From positions 19,592,001 through 19,656,000 of the forward strand of contig OZ024759.1 of NCBI GenBank assembly GCA_964016885.1: a stretch of DNA of 64,000 bases. The letters are read 5' to 3'. The notes beneath the pieces were generated by a model that did not search any database, was not told where the DNA came from, and was given only the letters and a program-made list of their open reading frames with translations. This DNA comes from Eledone cirrhosa. Lineage: Eukaryota. The position numbers were made by a program, and so were the translations under genes. This document shows positions 13,460 to 26,992 of the stretch, piece by piece (position 1 is the stretch's first letter; every line of letters starts with the position of its first letter).

Positions 13460-13567
13460 TTTCTACTCTTTGGCTCAAGGCCAGCAATTTTCTCAGTGTA
13501 TTACTGGTACTTTATTTTATCGACCCCGTAAGGATGAAAGGCAAAGTTAACCTCAGCGGGATTTGAA
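13460..13567 (-). mobile_element. SINE family 1, 3' half
   Basis: Reverse complement of GAGGTTAACTTTGCCTTTCATCCTTACGGGGTCGATAAAATAAAGTACCAG. Confidence 0.85.
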
Positions 13568-13809
13568 CAATAAAAATAATAACAATTAATAGTGAAGGTG
13601 ACTGGCTCGGTTGTTAAGATGTTAGACTGACACTCATAGGGTCGTGAGTTCAATTCCTGGGCCAGGGGACATGTTATATTCTTTTAGCTAGATATTTTAT
13701 TACATGTTGCTCCAGTCCACTCAGCTCACAAAATTGAGTACTGGAAGCTTCCAGAGGTTAACTGCTTAAACAGACTGGCATATAGCATTGGGAATAGGGG
13801 CAGTTTTTT

Positions 13810-14220
13810 TCATGATGGGACAGGGGTCCCTATCATTAAATCACCCAAGAAGCACTTTTATGAGATGTAACCTCATAGGAGGCCAGCTAAACCTATATAG
13901 GTGTGAACTGTAACTACATGATAGGACAGGGGTCCCTATCATTAAATCACCCAAGAAACCTTTTATGAGATGTAACCTCATAGGAGGCCAGCTAAACCTG
14001 CATAAGTGTGAACTGTAGTGACATGATACGACTGGGGTCCCTATCATTAAATCACCCAAGAAACACTTTTATGAGATGCAATTCTATAATATCAGCTGTA
14101 TCAGCATACATAAGTGTTTGTGTATGACAGAGATAGGACCTCTATCATTAAAACATCTGAGAAAGCTCCTATGAGAAACAATCTCATAGTAGGTCAGTTA
14201 AACTTACATAGGTATGATAG
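13810..14220. repeat. About 106 bp tandem repeat, 3-4 copies
   Basis: GGGGTCCCTATCATTAAATCACCCAAGAA recurs at about 13823, 13929 and 14035. Confidence 0.85.
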
Positions 14221-14249
14221 GTTCTATGAAACAAAACCATTTGTTCTAA

Positions 14250-14452
14250 CCCTTTAGCATTTAAACTGGCCATATCCAGCCAGAATTCCCTCACCTCTTT
14301 CTGTTCAAACCAGCCGTAACCGGCCACTCATACTGATGTTAGGTTATGTTCTCAAAATAAATATCAAAATCTCATAGATTCAATATTATGTGAGATAAAG
14401 CCTTTACTATGAAAATAGATTAGTAAATATAGAGTAATGTAATGCTAAAAGG
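14250..14452. mobile_element. piggyBac-like MITE (about 200 bp)
   Basis: Termini CCCTTTAGCATT ... AATGCTAAAAGG flanked by (C)TAA/TTAA; same family as 27637-27857, opposite orientation. Confidence 0.7.
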
Positions 14453-14699
14453 TTAAAGGGTTCCTATTTAAATTAAAATCTTCCAACATAACTTTATATA
14501 AAATACATGTACTAAGTTTCTCTCTCAGTAATAAAATAATTAATAAATTCTTTAAAATTTTTCATTGAGTAATTGAAGTGGGATGTATTTCATTATAAAT
14601 ACTATAACGAACTGGTTAAATAAATATACTTGTAAATATGTAAACAAATCAATAATATTGGTTGTTGAGCTAACTAATATATAGTATAAATATAGTACG

Positions 14700-15190
14700 G
14701 TTGTTCCCTGGTATTCGTGGGAGTTATGTTCCAAGAGAACCCGCGAACATGGAAAGGGAATGGCAAGGATTTTAGTGTCACAGAAGAATGGGGAAGGGGA
14801 GGACAAGACCGCAAAAGCATCCTTCGGACAATACCCAGCGATACTCGCTGCAACAGCCACCCCACCTCGCAGGGCTCTTTCCTCAGATAGGCTGCCGATG
14901 TTCCGATTTTGCGGAGGAGCTTGAATGTACAGGGTCCAAGAACACCTGAGGTCTCGACAGTGACCGATGTGGCCAGACGGTCCCCAGTATTTGTTTATCT
15001 CCCGTTCCTCTGCAAGGCGGGCTGTGGTACCGGGGTTTGTGGCCGAAGCGACTAAGTTGGAGGCGGAGAACATGTCGCAGCAGGTGGTGTCCCAGACGAG
15101 GGACCTACCTCCTCTGAATGGGAAGAGGGTGAGTCCATTGGGCCGCTTGCCATCTCCGCGGTCAAGTCCTGCTGGTTCCAGGTATACTAT
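14700..15190 (-). mobile_element. Degenerate GC-rich retroelement fragment (possibly the ORF1/gag-like region of an L1/Tx1 LINE)
   Basis: Clearly homologous to 46630-46890; frameshifted. The family assignment is a guess. Confidence 0.4.
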
Positions 15191-15240
15191 GCATTAGTTA
15201 ATTGACCAACCAATATTATTAATTAGTACAATGGTATAGG

Positions 15241-15430
15241 CGGTGGATTGGCAGTATCGGTAGAGGGTCGGAAGCCATGCTTTCCAGCATAGTTACGTCC
15301 CTTTACGATTTGAGTTCAAATCCTACCGAGGTTGACTTTGCCTTTCATCTTTACGGGGTCGATAAAATAAAGTACCAGTAATGCACTGGGTATTTGCTGG
15401 CCTTGTGCCAAAAGTAGAAACAATTATTAA
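15241..15430 (+). mobile_element. SINE family 1, full length, with duplicated 3' tail to about 15505
   Basis: Consensus match. Confidence 0.9.
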
Positions 15431-15978
15431 TTAGTACAATAAAGTACCAATAATGTACTGGGTAATTGCTGGCCTTGTGCTAATAGTAGAAACAATTATT
15501 AATTAGTAGGATTTCTAATTAGGGTTTTGATGTTCAGTTGTTTTGTGAAATATATGACCATTAACAATATACAATCTAGATAACCCACTCTCAGACCCTA
15601 ACTTTGTTGAGGGAAAGAGAGAGGGTGACTGTTTGAAGAGAAAGAGAGAGAAAGGGTATGAAGGGAGAGAGAGAGGGTGACTGTGAGGAGAGAGAGAGAG
15701 AGAGTGACTGTGTGAAGAGAGAGAAACAGGGTGACTGTGTGAAGAGAGAGAGACAGGGGGACTGAAGAGAGAGACAGAGGGGGACTGTGAAGAGAGAAAG
15801 ACAGAGGGTGACTGTGAAGAGAGAGAGAGAGAGGGTGACTGTGTGAAGAGACAGACAGAGGGTGACTGTGAAGAGAGAGAGATGGTGACTGTGTGAAGAG
15901 AGAAATGGTGATTGTGTGAGGAGAGAGAGACAGAGAGAGTAAAAGGAACTGTAGGAGTGTTGCTGAGAAAGTAGGAAT

Positions 15979-16014
<36 letters not shown>

Positions 16015-16151
16015 CCCTCGTGCACTTATGCATGCACACACACATACACATGCTATCTCTCTCTGATGCACACACACACTCATGTATCAATACACACACA
16101 TACACAAACAATAAAATCAGAGAGGAAATATTCTACATTGCTGAGATAAAG

Positions 16152-16908
16152 GTGTGGTGGTGGTGAAGGTGGTAATGATGGCAGTGGTGGTGGTGGTGAA
16201 GGTGGTAATGATGGTGGTGGTGAAGGTGGTAATGATGGCGGTGGTGAGGGTGGTAATGATGGCGGTGGTGGTGGTGAAGGTGGTAATGATGGCAGTGGTG
16301 GTGGTGAAGGTGGTAATGATGGCGGTGGTGAAGGTGGTAATGATGGCGGTGGTGGTGGTAATGATGGCGGTGGTGGTGGTAATGATGGCGGTGGTGGTGG
16401 TGAAGGTGGTAATGATGGCAGTGGTGGTGAAGGTGGTAATGATGGCGGTGGTGGTGGTGAAGGTGGTAATGATGGCGGTGGTGGTGGTGAAGGTGGTAAT
16501 GATGGCGGTGGTGGTGGTGAAGGTGGTAATGATGGCGGTGGTGGTGGTGGTGAAGGTGGTAATGATGGCGGTGGTGGTGGTGAAGGTGGTGATAATGATG
16601 GTGGTGGTGAAGGTGGTAATGATGGCGGTGGTGGTGGTGGTGAAGGTGGTAATGATGGCGGTGGTGGTGGTGAAGGTGGTAATGATGGCGGTGGTGGTGG
16701 TGAAGGTGGTGATAATGATGGTGGTGGTGAAGGTGGTAATGATGGCGGTGGTGGTGAAGGTGGTAATGATGGCGGTGGTGGTGGTGAAGGTGGTAATGAT
16801 GGCAGTGGTGGTGGTGAAGGTGGTAATGATGGCGGTGGTGGTGGTGAAGGTGGTAATGATGGCAGTGGTGGTGGTGGTGAAGGTGGTAATGATGGCGGTG
16901 GTGGTGGT
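16152..16908. repeat. (GGT)n-derived 24-33 bp minisatellite (GGTGAAGGTGGTAATGATGGCGGTGGT)
   Basis: Direct tandem units. Confidence 0.95.
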
Positions 16909-17118
16909 ATATTTGGGTATATACGGTATGTAAGAAGAGATTTTGAGAGAACGTTTACATGTTCTAATTGCCCTCAGAGGTGAGAGACCAGCAGCCAGTG
17001 GTCGGCTGAGAGACAATCCACAAGGTGGGTGGCTGGCAGATGAAATATAGAAAAGATTGAAAGATGGGGAGGACAAGGAGAAATATTTGATGTGTACCGA
17101 TTAAAGCTATATATAGCA

Positions 17119-18960
17119 CAGTGGAACCTCAGTTCACAAACTTCTCTCATCGCAAACAAATTGGTTCACAAACAAATTTTCTGAACATAAAATGTCTCAG
17201 TTCACGAACAGTGTCTCAAGTAATAAACACTCAAGCCAGCAACAACTGTTGGTGACATGCTGGGAGTATTGGCAGGAAAGCATTACTTGCTGTGTAGTTA
17301 GTTATTATGATGATATCTATCTATCTGTCTTTCACACACAGTCTCTCTCTCTCTCATGACAACAACGGTTGGTGACATGCTGGGAGTATTGGCAGGAAAG
17401 CATTACTTGCTGTGTAGTTAGTTATTATGATGATATCTATCTGTCTTTCACACACAGTCTCTCTCTCTCTCATGACAACAACGGTTGGTGACATGCTGGG
17501 AGTATTGGCAGGAAAGCATTACTTGCTGTGTAGTTAGTTATTATGATGATATCTATCTATCTGTCTTTCACACACAGTCTCTCTCTCTCTCATGACAACA
17601 ACGGTTGGTGACATGCTGGGAGTATTGGCAGGAAAGCATTACTTGCTGTGTTGTTAGTTATTATGATGATATCTATCTATCTGTCTTTCACACACAGTCT
17701 CTCTCTCTCTCATGACAACAACGGTTGGTGACATGCTGGGAGTATTGGCAGGAAAGCATTACTTGCTGTGTAGTTAGTTATTATGATGATATCTATCTGT
17801 CTTTCACACACAGTCTCTCTCTCTCTCATGACAACAACGGTTGGTGACATGCTGGGAGTATTGGCAGGAAAGCATTACTTGCTGTGTAGTTAGTTATTAT
17901 GATGATATCTATCTGTCTTTCACACACAGTCTCTCTCTCTCTCATGACAACAACGGTTGGTGACATGCTGGGAGTATTGGCAGGAAAGCATTACTTGCTG
18001 TGTAGTTAGTTATTATGATGATATCTATCTGTCTTTCACACACAGTCTCTCTCTCTCTCATGACAACAACGGTTGGTGACATGCTGGGAGTATTGGCAGG
18101 AAAGCATTACTTGCTGTGTAGTTAGTTATTATGATGATATCTATCTATCTGTCTTTCACACACAGTCTCTCTCTCTCTCATGACAACAACTGTTGGTGAC
18201 ATGCTGGGAGTATTGGCAGGAAAGCATTACTTGCTGTGTAGTTAGTTATTATGATGATATCTATCTATCTGTCTTTCACACACAGTCTCTCTCTCTCTCA
18301 TGACAACAACGGTTGGTGACATGCTGGGAGTATTGGCAGGAAAGCATTACTTGCTGTGTAGTTAGTTATTATGATGATATCTATCTGTCTTTCACACACA
18401 GTCTCTCTCTCTCTCATGACAACAACGGTTGGTGACATGCTGGGAGTATTGGCAGGAAAGCATTACTTGCTGTGTAGTTAGTTATTATGATGATATCTAT
18501 CTGTCTTTCACACACAGTCTCTCTCTCTCTCATGACAACAACGGTTGGTGACATGCTGGGAGTATTGGCAGGAAAGCATTACTTGCTGTGTAGTTAGTTA
18601 TTATGATGATATCTATCTGTCTTTCACACACAGTCTCTCTCTCTCTCATGACAACAACGGTTGGTGACATGCTGGGAGTATTGGCAGGAAAGCATTACTT
18701 GCTGTGTAGTTAGTTATTATGATGATATCTATCTGTCTTTCACACACAGTCTCTCTCTCTCTCATGACAACAACGGTTGGTGACATGCTTGGAGTATCGG
18801 TGGGAAAGCATTACTTGCTGTGTAGTTAGTTATTATGATGATGTCTCTCTCTCTCATGACAACAACGGTTGGAGTATCCGGTGGGAAATCGTCACTTACT
18901 CTGTAGTTAGCTATTAGGTTCATATCTATCTGTCTTTCACACACACAGTCTCTCTCTCTC
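17119..18960 (+). mobile_element. Tigger/pogo-like MITE left end whose internal 116/120 bp segment is amplified about 14 times
   Basis: CAGTGGAACCTC terminus at 17119; the unit ...GGTGACATGCTGGGAGTATTGGCAGGAAAGCATTACTTGCTGTGTAGTTAG... occurs once inside the intact copy at 22402-22892. Confidence 0.8.
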
Positions 18961-18971
18961 TCTCAACATTT

Positions 18972-20561
18972 TGTATACTGGGTGTGTTTATTGTGGCACC
19001 AAGCACTACCACTTTACAGAGTATACTGGGTGTGTTTTATTGTGGCACCAAGCACTCCCACTTTACAGAGTGTACTGGGTGTGTTTTATTGTGGCACCAA
19101 GCACTCCCACTTTACAGAGTGTACTGGGTGTGTTTATTGTGGCACCAACACTACCACTTTACAGAGTGTACTGGGTGTGTTTTATTGTGGCACCAAGCAC
19201 TCCCACTTTACAGAGTATACTGGGTGTGTTTATTGTGGCACCAAGCACTACCACTTTACAGAGTGTACTGGGTGTTTTATTGTGGCACCAAGCACTCCCA
19301 CTTTACAGAGTGTACTGGGTGTGTTTTATTGTGGAACCTACACTACCACTTTACAGAGTGTACTGGGTGTTTTATTGTGGCACCAAGCACTCCCACTTTA
19401 CAGAGTGTACTGGGTGTGTTTATTGTGGCACCAACACTACCACTTTACAGAGTGTACTGGGTGTGTTTTATTGTGGCACCAAGCACTCCCACTTTACAGA
19501 GTATACTGGGTGTGTTTATTGTGGCACCAAGCACTACCACTTTACAGAGTGTACTGGGTGTGTTTTATTGTGGCACCAACACTACACTTTACAGAGTATA
19601 CTGGGTGTGTTTATTGTGGCACCAAGCACTACCACTTTACAGAGTATACTGGGTGTGTTTATTGTGGCACCAAGCACTACCACTTTACAGAGTGTACTGG
19701 GTGTGTTTTATTGTGGCACCAACACTACCACTTTACAGAGTGTACTGGGTTTGTTTATTGTGGCACCACCACTACCACTTTACAGAGTGTACTGGGTGTG
19801 TTTATTGTGGCACCAAGCACTACCACTTTACAGAGTGTACTGGGTGTGTTTTATTGTGGAACCAAGCACTACCACTTTACAGAGTGTACTGGGTGTGTTT
19901 ATTGTGGAACCAAGCACTACCACTTTACAGAGTGTACTGGGTGTGTTTTATTGTGGAACCAAGCACTACCACTTTACAGAGTATACTGGGTGTTTTATTG
20001 TGGAACCAAGCACTACCACTTTACAGAGTGTACTGGGTGTTTTATTGTGGAACCAAGCACTACCACCTTACAGAGTGTACTGGGTGTGTTTATTGTGGAA
20101 CCAAGCACTACCACTTTACAGAGTATACTGGGTGTGTTTATTGTGGCACCAAGCACTACCACTTTACAGAGTGTACTGGGTGTGTTTTATTGTGGCACCA
20201 ACACTACCACTTTACAGAGTGTACTGGGTTTGTTTATTGTGGCACCACCACTACCACTTTACAGAGTGTACTGGGTGTGTTTATTGTGGCACCAAGCACT
20301 ACCACTTTACAGAGTGTACTGGGTGTGTTTTATTGTGGAACCAAGCACTACCACTTTACAGAGTGTACTGGGTGTGTTTATTGTGGAACCAAGCACTACC
20401 ACTTTACAGAGTATACTGGGTGTTTTATTGTGGAACCAAGCACTACCACTTTACAGAGTGTACTGGGTGTTTTATTGTGGAACCAAGCACTACCACTTTA
20501 CAGAGTGTACTGGGTGTGTTTATTGTGGAACCAAGCACTACCACTTTACAGAGTATACTGG
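18972..20561. repeat. 37-40 bp minisatellite derived from the Meta-type SINE body
   Basis: GTACTGGGTGTGTTTTATTGTGGCACCAAGCACTACCACTTTACAGAGT, about 40 copies; single-copy relatives at about 23010-23050 and 23255-23300. Confidence 0.93.
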
Positions 20562-21159
20562 GCACAGGTTGTCATGGCACCAAAACTGCCAATTTTCAAC
20601 ACTAGGGCAGTCATTGTGTTGTCTTTGGCCAGGTTGGGAAGGCAGTGATGTTTTTGATTATTTTCAAAATGATTTGAAAATGGTGGTCTTTCCTTTAGGA
20701 ATATGGAAATGAAAAAGTGAAAGTAACCCAGATCAGGAAACCGTTGTAGCGTAGCGTCCTGAAAGGTGTGGGAATGTGTAATAGTGTAACCCAACCTGAC
20801 AACTGATGACCTGGATGTATATTGTGTATGGTATTACTTCCTGTAACTTAATCTGGCAACCCATGTCACTCTCCACCTGCCCAAAGTAGTGGAATGTGTT
20901 TACTTTTTGTAACCTGACCTAACTTATTAGCAAACATTGTCTTGTCATGCCATAGTAGTTACTGCTCACTATGCACTGGGATAAACTTTGTGTTTCATCC
21001 TTCTGGGGGAAGTCGTCGATAAAACAAAGTACCAGTTATATACTGGGGTATATTTAATCAGCTTTCCCTTCCTTCAAAATTACAGGCCCTGTGCCTAAAT
21101 TAGGAACTGTTGTTATCGTGTTGTCTTTGTTTTTGCCCCTGTATCGTTTCCAGTATGGC

Positions 21160-21503
21160 CCTAGTGACCAATAAATAAATAAATATTATTCGACGGGCAC
21201 TTTTTCTGTGGTTTTGCCTGAGAAGGAAAATCAGAGCCAGTTTGTTGAAAGGTGGGTGAGAGAGGCAAGAATGGGTCGTGTGAATGGGCCTGCTCTGAGC
21301 GTGTGACTGTAGTGTCGTAGGAGGAAAACTGGGAGAGGGTACTTGCCCTATAAGTCAGGCTTTTGTAAGCTTTCTCCACGAGTAACCTTTGGAGGTCCCT
21401 ACCTTATTGGGAATTTTTCCTTTGTTTCCATTTTTTTACACTCAGAAACCCATTGTTGTACTGCCCTTAATGTATTTTTTGTAAACCTTGTAGTTAATAA
21501 AGA
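21160..21503 (+). mobile_element. Degenerate LINE 3' end (L1/Tx1-like)
   Basis: Ends CCTTGTAGTTAATAAAGA, resembling the ends at about 57720 and 63430. Confidence 0.4.
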
Positions 21504-21519
21504 CATCATTACTGAGGGT

Positions 21520-21930
21520 GGTGGGTTGACTGTATCGGTAGAGCATCGGACAATATGCTTTGCGCCAAAGAGTTACGGCCCTTTACGATATGAGTTCAAA
21601 TCCCGCCGAGGTTAGCTTTGTCTTTCATCCTTATGGGGGTCGATAAAATAAAGCACCAGTAATGCACTGGGGTCGATTTAATTGACTTTCCCCTCCCCAA
21701 AAATTGTTGGCCTTGTGCCTAAATTAGAAACCATTATAATCGGTGGATTGGCAGTATTGGTAGAGGGTCGGACGCCATGCTTTCCAGCATAGAGTTACGT
21801 CCCTTTACATTCTGAGTTCAAATCCCGCCGAGGTTAGCTTTGCCCTTCATCCTTACGGGGTCGATAAAATAAAGTACCAGTAATGCACTGGGATAATTGC
21901 TGGCCTTGTGCCAAAAGTAGTAACAATTAG
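21520..21930 (+). mobile_element. Two adjacent SINE family 1 copies
   Basis: Consensus matches at 21520-21735 and 21742-21930. Confidence 0.9.
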
Positions 21931-21957
21931 TATTATTGTTTTTGTTGTTTTTTCTAG

Positions 21958-21990
21958 CTTCAAGATGCCATCTCGGAGGAGGGGCACCCG
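21958..21990 (+). other. Candidate 33-nt micro-exon (LQDAISEEGHP in frame 0)
   Basis: TTGTTTTTGTTGTTTTTTCTAG acceptor, CCG|GTAAGT donor, length a multiple of 3. Confidence 0.45.
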
Positions 21991-22193
21991 GTAAGTACCA
22001 ATTTATTTTTGTTTTCTATCTTGTATGTTTATGAAGAGCAGTGTCGATGGTTATAGGTTTGGTAGGATGACCAAGGGGATTTTCTCAGTAATTCAGGTGG
22101 AGGAAATAACCACCACTAGGTATCTTTGGATTAGGGGCCCTGTTTTTCAGAAATTCTCTCATTGGTCTCTACCTGTATCTTAAGCCAATATAT

Positions 22194-22375
22194 GGATTGG
22201 CAGTATCGGTAGATGGTCGGACGCCATGCTTTCCAGCATAGAGTTACGTCCCTTTACGATCTGAGTTCAAATCCCGCCGAGGTTGACTTTGCCTTTCATC
22301 CTTACGGGGTCGATAAAATAAAGTACCAGTAATGCACTGGGTAATTGCTGGCCTTGTGCCTAAAGTAGAAACAAA
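22194..22375 (+). mobile_element. SINE family 1
   Basis: Consensus match. Confidence 0.9.
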
Positions 22376-22401
22376 TATATATCACCATCGTCAATATTTT
22401 A

Positions 22402-22892
22402 CAGTGGAACCTCGGTTCATGGACGCCTCTCATCACAAATAAATCAGTTCAGGAACAATTTTTCCAAAGAAAACAGTGCTGAATGAGCAGGATATGGTCA
22501 CCCGACCCAACCTGCCTCAAATGGGACAACCCGCCTAACCCATGCTAGCGTGGAAGGTGGGCGTTAAACGGCCGATGATGATAATGAAAACATGTCTCGG
22601 TTGAAGAACGGTGTCTCAAGTAATGAACACGCAGCCAGGCAACAATGGTTGGCAACAAGCTGGTAGTATTGACAGGAAATCGTCACTTGCTGTGTAGTTA
22701 GTTACTATGGTGATATCTAGCTGTCTTTCACACATTCTTTCTCTCTCTCTCTCTCCATATCTCTCCACCCCCTCTTTCTCTCTACCCCTCCTCTCTCTCT
22801 CTCTCTCTCTCAAAATTTCGTTTGGGAAAAATAGTTTTGAGTGACAAAAGTCTTCTAGGAACAAATTAAGTTTGTGCTCCGAGGTTCCACTT
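22402..22892. mobile_element. Tigger/pogo-like (Tc1/mariner superfamily) MITE with a nested SINE tail (about 22490-22585)
   Basis: TA|CAGTGGAACCTCGG ... CCGAGGTTCCACT terminal inverted repeats. Confidence 0.75.
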
Positions 22893-23509
22893 TGCATTGG
22901 TTTTCCATTACTTCCGTGGGTTAGAGGAATTTACGGGTTCTGATGCCCGATTACATCTGGCCTTGTTACTTTATGGCAAGTTATCCTTCCTAACACCAAC
23001 CACTTCATGATGTGTACTGGGTGCGTTTTCGTGTGGTACCACCACTACCACTGGCATGGACTGTTTTTGTTTGTCTTTTGCACCAGCACCAGTGTGGGCT
23101 GGGTGCTTTTTTTTTATCGTGGTACCAGCACTCTTTATATATAAATATCATCATCATCATCATTATTTTACGTCCACTTTTCCCTGCTTGCAAGGGTGGG
23201 ACGGGAACTGATTCTGGCTTGATTTCTACAGCTGGATGCCCTTCCTAACACCAACCTCATTTACAGTGAGTGCTGGGTGCTTTTTTTCCGTGGCACCTCC
23301 ACGACCACTTTGCAGTGGAATGATATGGACCCCAGTCCCTATCATCTCATTTCTACAGCTGAGTAAACTGGAGCAATGTGAAATAAAGTGTCTTGCTCAA
23401 GGAAACAACACATCACCCGGTCTGAGAATTGAACTCACAACCTTTCGATTGCAAGGCCTATGCTCTAACCACTAAGCCATGTGCCTCCATAATATATACA
23501 ATAAATTAT

Positions 23510-23960
23510 AGCAAAGGGCCATATGTATATTCCTCACACTCTACCAAGTGCTCAGATGTCCAGGGAGCCCAGATCTCAGTTATATACATACTTCACACTC
23601 TAACAAGTTGTCAGATGGGTCCGCGGCCAACAACTTGTTTATGTACATACCTCACACCCTACAAAGTTCTCTGATGGGTCTTGGCCCCACATTACAGTTT
23701 TGTATGTACCTCACACCCTACAAAGTTCTCTGATGGGTCTTGGCCCCACATTACAGTTTTGTATGTACCTCACACCCTACAAAGTTCTCTGATGGGTCTT
23801 GGCCCCACATTACAGTTTTGTATGTACCTCACACTCTACGAAGTTCTCTGATGGGTCTTGGCCCCACATTACAGTTTTGTATGTACCTCACACTCTACGA
23901 AGTTCTCTGATGGGTCAGGGGGTCTGCATCACAACTTAGCTACATTGCTCACACTCTACC
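23510..23960. repeat. 59 bp minisatellite
   Basis: CCTCACACCCTACAAAGTTCTCTGATGGGTCTTGGCCCCACATTACAGTTTTGTATGTA, 4-5 copies plus diverged flanks. Confidence 0.9.
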
Positions 23961-24482
23961 AAGATACTCTCATGGAATGACCAAATGAGGTTTATTTTTT
24001 AACATAGTCCCTGGAAAGAAACAATGCAGTTATTAATAAGAAGGGTTGAAATTAATGTATGCAAGATTTCACAGCCCTAGCATCACTCTTTCATAGTCAG
24101 CCTATGACCAAGATATCCTCATGGAATAACCAAATAAGGTTCATTTTTCAACATAGTCCGTGGTAAGAAACAATGCAGTTATTAATAAGACTCGAAATTA
24201 ATGCATGCAAGATTTCACAGCCCTAGCATCACTCCTTTATAGTCAGACTATGAAGTTTTCAGTCTACCGTCATATATTTATATATATATATGAGTTGCAT
24301 TAATAGATAAGTCACACCTCCATTTTATATATACATACTTTTACAATGTCCCATGTATTTTGAATTGAATGAAGTTTTGTAGGTCCTGGAGATAATTTGT
24401 TGCATGTGGCATCTTTTTATCTAATTTTTTTTCAATTTTTATGTATTTATTTATTTAAACTTACACATGAACATATTACTGT

Positions 24483-24486
<4 letters not shown>

Positions 24487-24533
<47 letters not shown>

Positions 24534-24966
24534 CACAGACGCATACTCACAAGCACATGCATTCTCACAAACTTACACGGGCACACTCTCAAACACAAGC
24601 ACACACACACACACACCCTCACACATGCACTCTCAAATACAAGCACCTCACAAACACACAGACACACACGCACTCTCTCAAACTTAGATAGGCACTCACA
24701 CACACAGCACACTCTCTCCCTCACACACACTCTTTCTCTCACTACAGGCACTCTCTCAAATACAAGCACACAAACACACTCACACACACACGCACACACA
24801 CTCTCTCTCCCTCACACACAGACTTTCTCTCTCTCACACACACACACTCTCTCTCTCTGTCGCACACACACTCTCAAACACAAGCAATCTCTCTCACACA
24901 CAAGCACTCTCTCTCAAACACAAGCACTCTCTCTCACACACTCTCTCTCACACACACACACACACT

Positions 24967-25008
<42 letters not shown>

Positions 25009-25102
25009 CTCTCAAACACAAGCACTCTCTCTCACACACACACACACACACACTCTCTCTCAAACACAAGCACTCTCTCTCACACACTCTCTCACACACA
25101 CA

Positions 25103-25144
<42 letters not shown>

Positions 25145-25470
25145 CACACACTCTCTCACACACTCTCTCTCAAAAACACAAGCACTCTCTCTCAAACACA
25201 AGCACTCTCTCTCACACTCAGACTCTCTCTCACACACACACTCTCTCTCAAACACAAGCACTCTCTCACACACACACTCTCTCTCAAACACAAGCACTCT
25301 CTCTCACACACACACTCTCTCTCAAACGCACACTCTCTCTCACACGCACACTCTCTCACACGCACACTCTCTCACACACACACTCTCTCACACACACACA
25401 CACACTCTCTCACACACCCACTCTCTCACACACACACACACTCACACACAGACACAATCTCACACACACA
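24487..25470. repeat. Compound (CA)n/(CT)n microsatellite
   Basis: Direct reading. Confidence 0.95.
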
Positions 25471-25714
25471 TGTTCGCGCCAAATTTTTTAATTGCTTTTT
25501 CACCTTCCCCCAGTTTTGTATGTACTAACTAAAATTTTATAAGGGTGTGGTTGTTGTAAGTCTAGAGGTAGTGGTAATATTAGTAGTAGTACTAGTTTTG
25601 GTGGTGGTAGCAGTAGTAATGGTGGTGGCTGTAGTAGTGGTATTGTGTCTGTGTGTCTGTCTATGCGAGGGAAAGGTTGTGGTTTTAGTAAACGTTTTGT
25701 GAATGGTGTAAATT

Positions 25715-26230
25715 TTAGTGTGTGGTGTGATGTGGTGTAGTGTGTATGATGTGGTGTAGTGTATGGTGTGGTGTGGTGAAGTGTGTGGTGTGATGTGTAG
25801 TGTATGGTGTGGTGTAGTGTATGGTGTGGTGTAGTGTATGGTGTGGTGTGGTGTAGTGTATGGTGTGATGTGATGTGGTGTAGTGTAGTGTGTGATGTGG
25901 TGTAGTGTGGTGTGGTGTGGTGTAGTGTATGGTGTGATGTAGTGTAGTGTGTGGTGTATGGTGTGGTGTGGTGTGGTGTGATCTGGTGTAGTGTGTGGTG
26001 TGATGTGGTGTAGTGTGTGGTGTGGTGTAGTGTAGTGTAGTGTGTGGTGTGGTGTGGTGTGTGGTATGGTGTAGTGTGTGGTATGGTGTAGTGTGTGGTG
26101 TGATGTGGTGTAGTGTATGGTGTAGTATGGTGTGGTGTGGTGTGGTGTAGTGTATGGTGTGGTGTGATGTGGTGTAGTGTAATATATAACGTGTTGTGGT
26201 ATCATTGTTGCAGTGGCGGTGTTGTGGTTG
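25715..26230. repeat. (GTGTG/GTGTA)n pentamer-like repeat
   Basis: Direct reading. Confidence 0.9.
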
Positions 26231-26425
26231 CTGTGTAGGGTTTTGGGTGTGGTGTGTGTGCTCTGACAAACGGTACAAACACGTATATATATATAATCCA
26301 GATATATATGATATATATATATATGTAGGAGGTGAGTTTTATTGTAGTACAAAACTATAAAACTATATGTTGATTTAAAACTGCACTATTTACAAGTGTA
26401 TTTTAACCTTCATATCATGTCTCCC

Positions 26426-26496
26426 TATTTTATCTGATGAAAACGCAAATGTTATTGCATGATGATATTTGTTTTTGAAATGCGCATAATAAAATA
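26426..26496 (+). ncRNA. Type I hammerhead ribozyme, minimal stem III, palindromic loop TGCGCA
   Basis: TATTTTAT-CTGATGA-aaacGCAAATGTTATT gcat GATGATATTTGTtttt-GAAA-TGCGCA-TA|ATAAAATA. Confidence 0.85.
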
Positions 26497-26578
26497 CATG
26501 GAACTCTTTTAACCATCTTTTGATCTTATGTATTATGATATATATATATATATATTTGGATTTATGTATATGCATGCA

Positions 26579-26633
<55 letters not shown>

Positions 26634-26811
26634 TTGCATATATATACATATATATATATATGCATGCATATATATATATATATATATAAATATATTATTT
26701 TGATCATGCCTTTATTTTTAATTTAATTTGCACCGTTTCCTCTCACCCCCTTTTTGCTATATGTCTCTCCACCACTCCCCTACACACCCTTTGAACTCTC
26801 TTTCCACACAC

Positions 26812-26850
26812 TTTTCACCTGAAGAAGGGCTTATGCCCGAAACGTCGTTC
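26812..26850 (+). ncRNA. Variant ultra-minimal hammerhead-like core (A-GGGC family)
   Basis: CTGAAGA-A-GGGC-TTAT-GCCC-GAAA-CG-TC; stem I only about 2 bp. Confidence 0.5.
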
Positions 26851-26933
26851 CCCACCACCACTCCACTCTCAAGAGCGTGAAACTAATAAACCTTTGTTCG
26901 TACTGTCTCTCTGTTTTGTTCCCGTTCAATTTT

Positions 26934-26992
<59 letters not shown>

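Noticed and set aside
15241-15330. tRNA gene (A and B boxes)
   Set aside because: No cloverleaf or acceptor stem; it is the head of a high-copy SINE.
18971-20712. Three overlapping ORFs of about 550 aa with Cys/His motifs
   Set aside because: The 37-40 bp minisatellite lacks stops in all three frames and unit-length variation scrambles the frame; SINE-derived.
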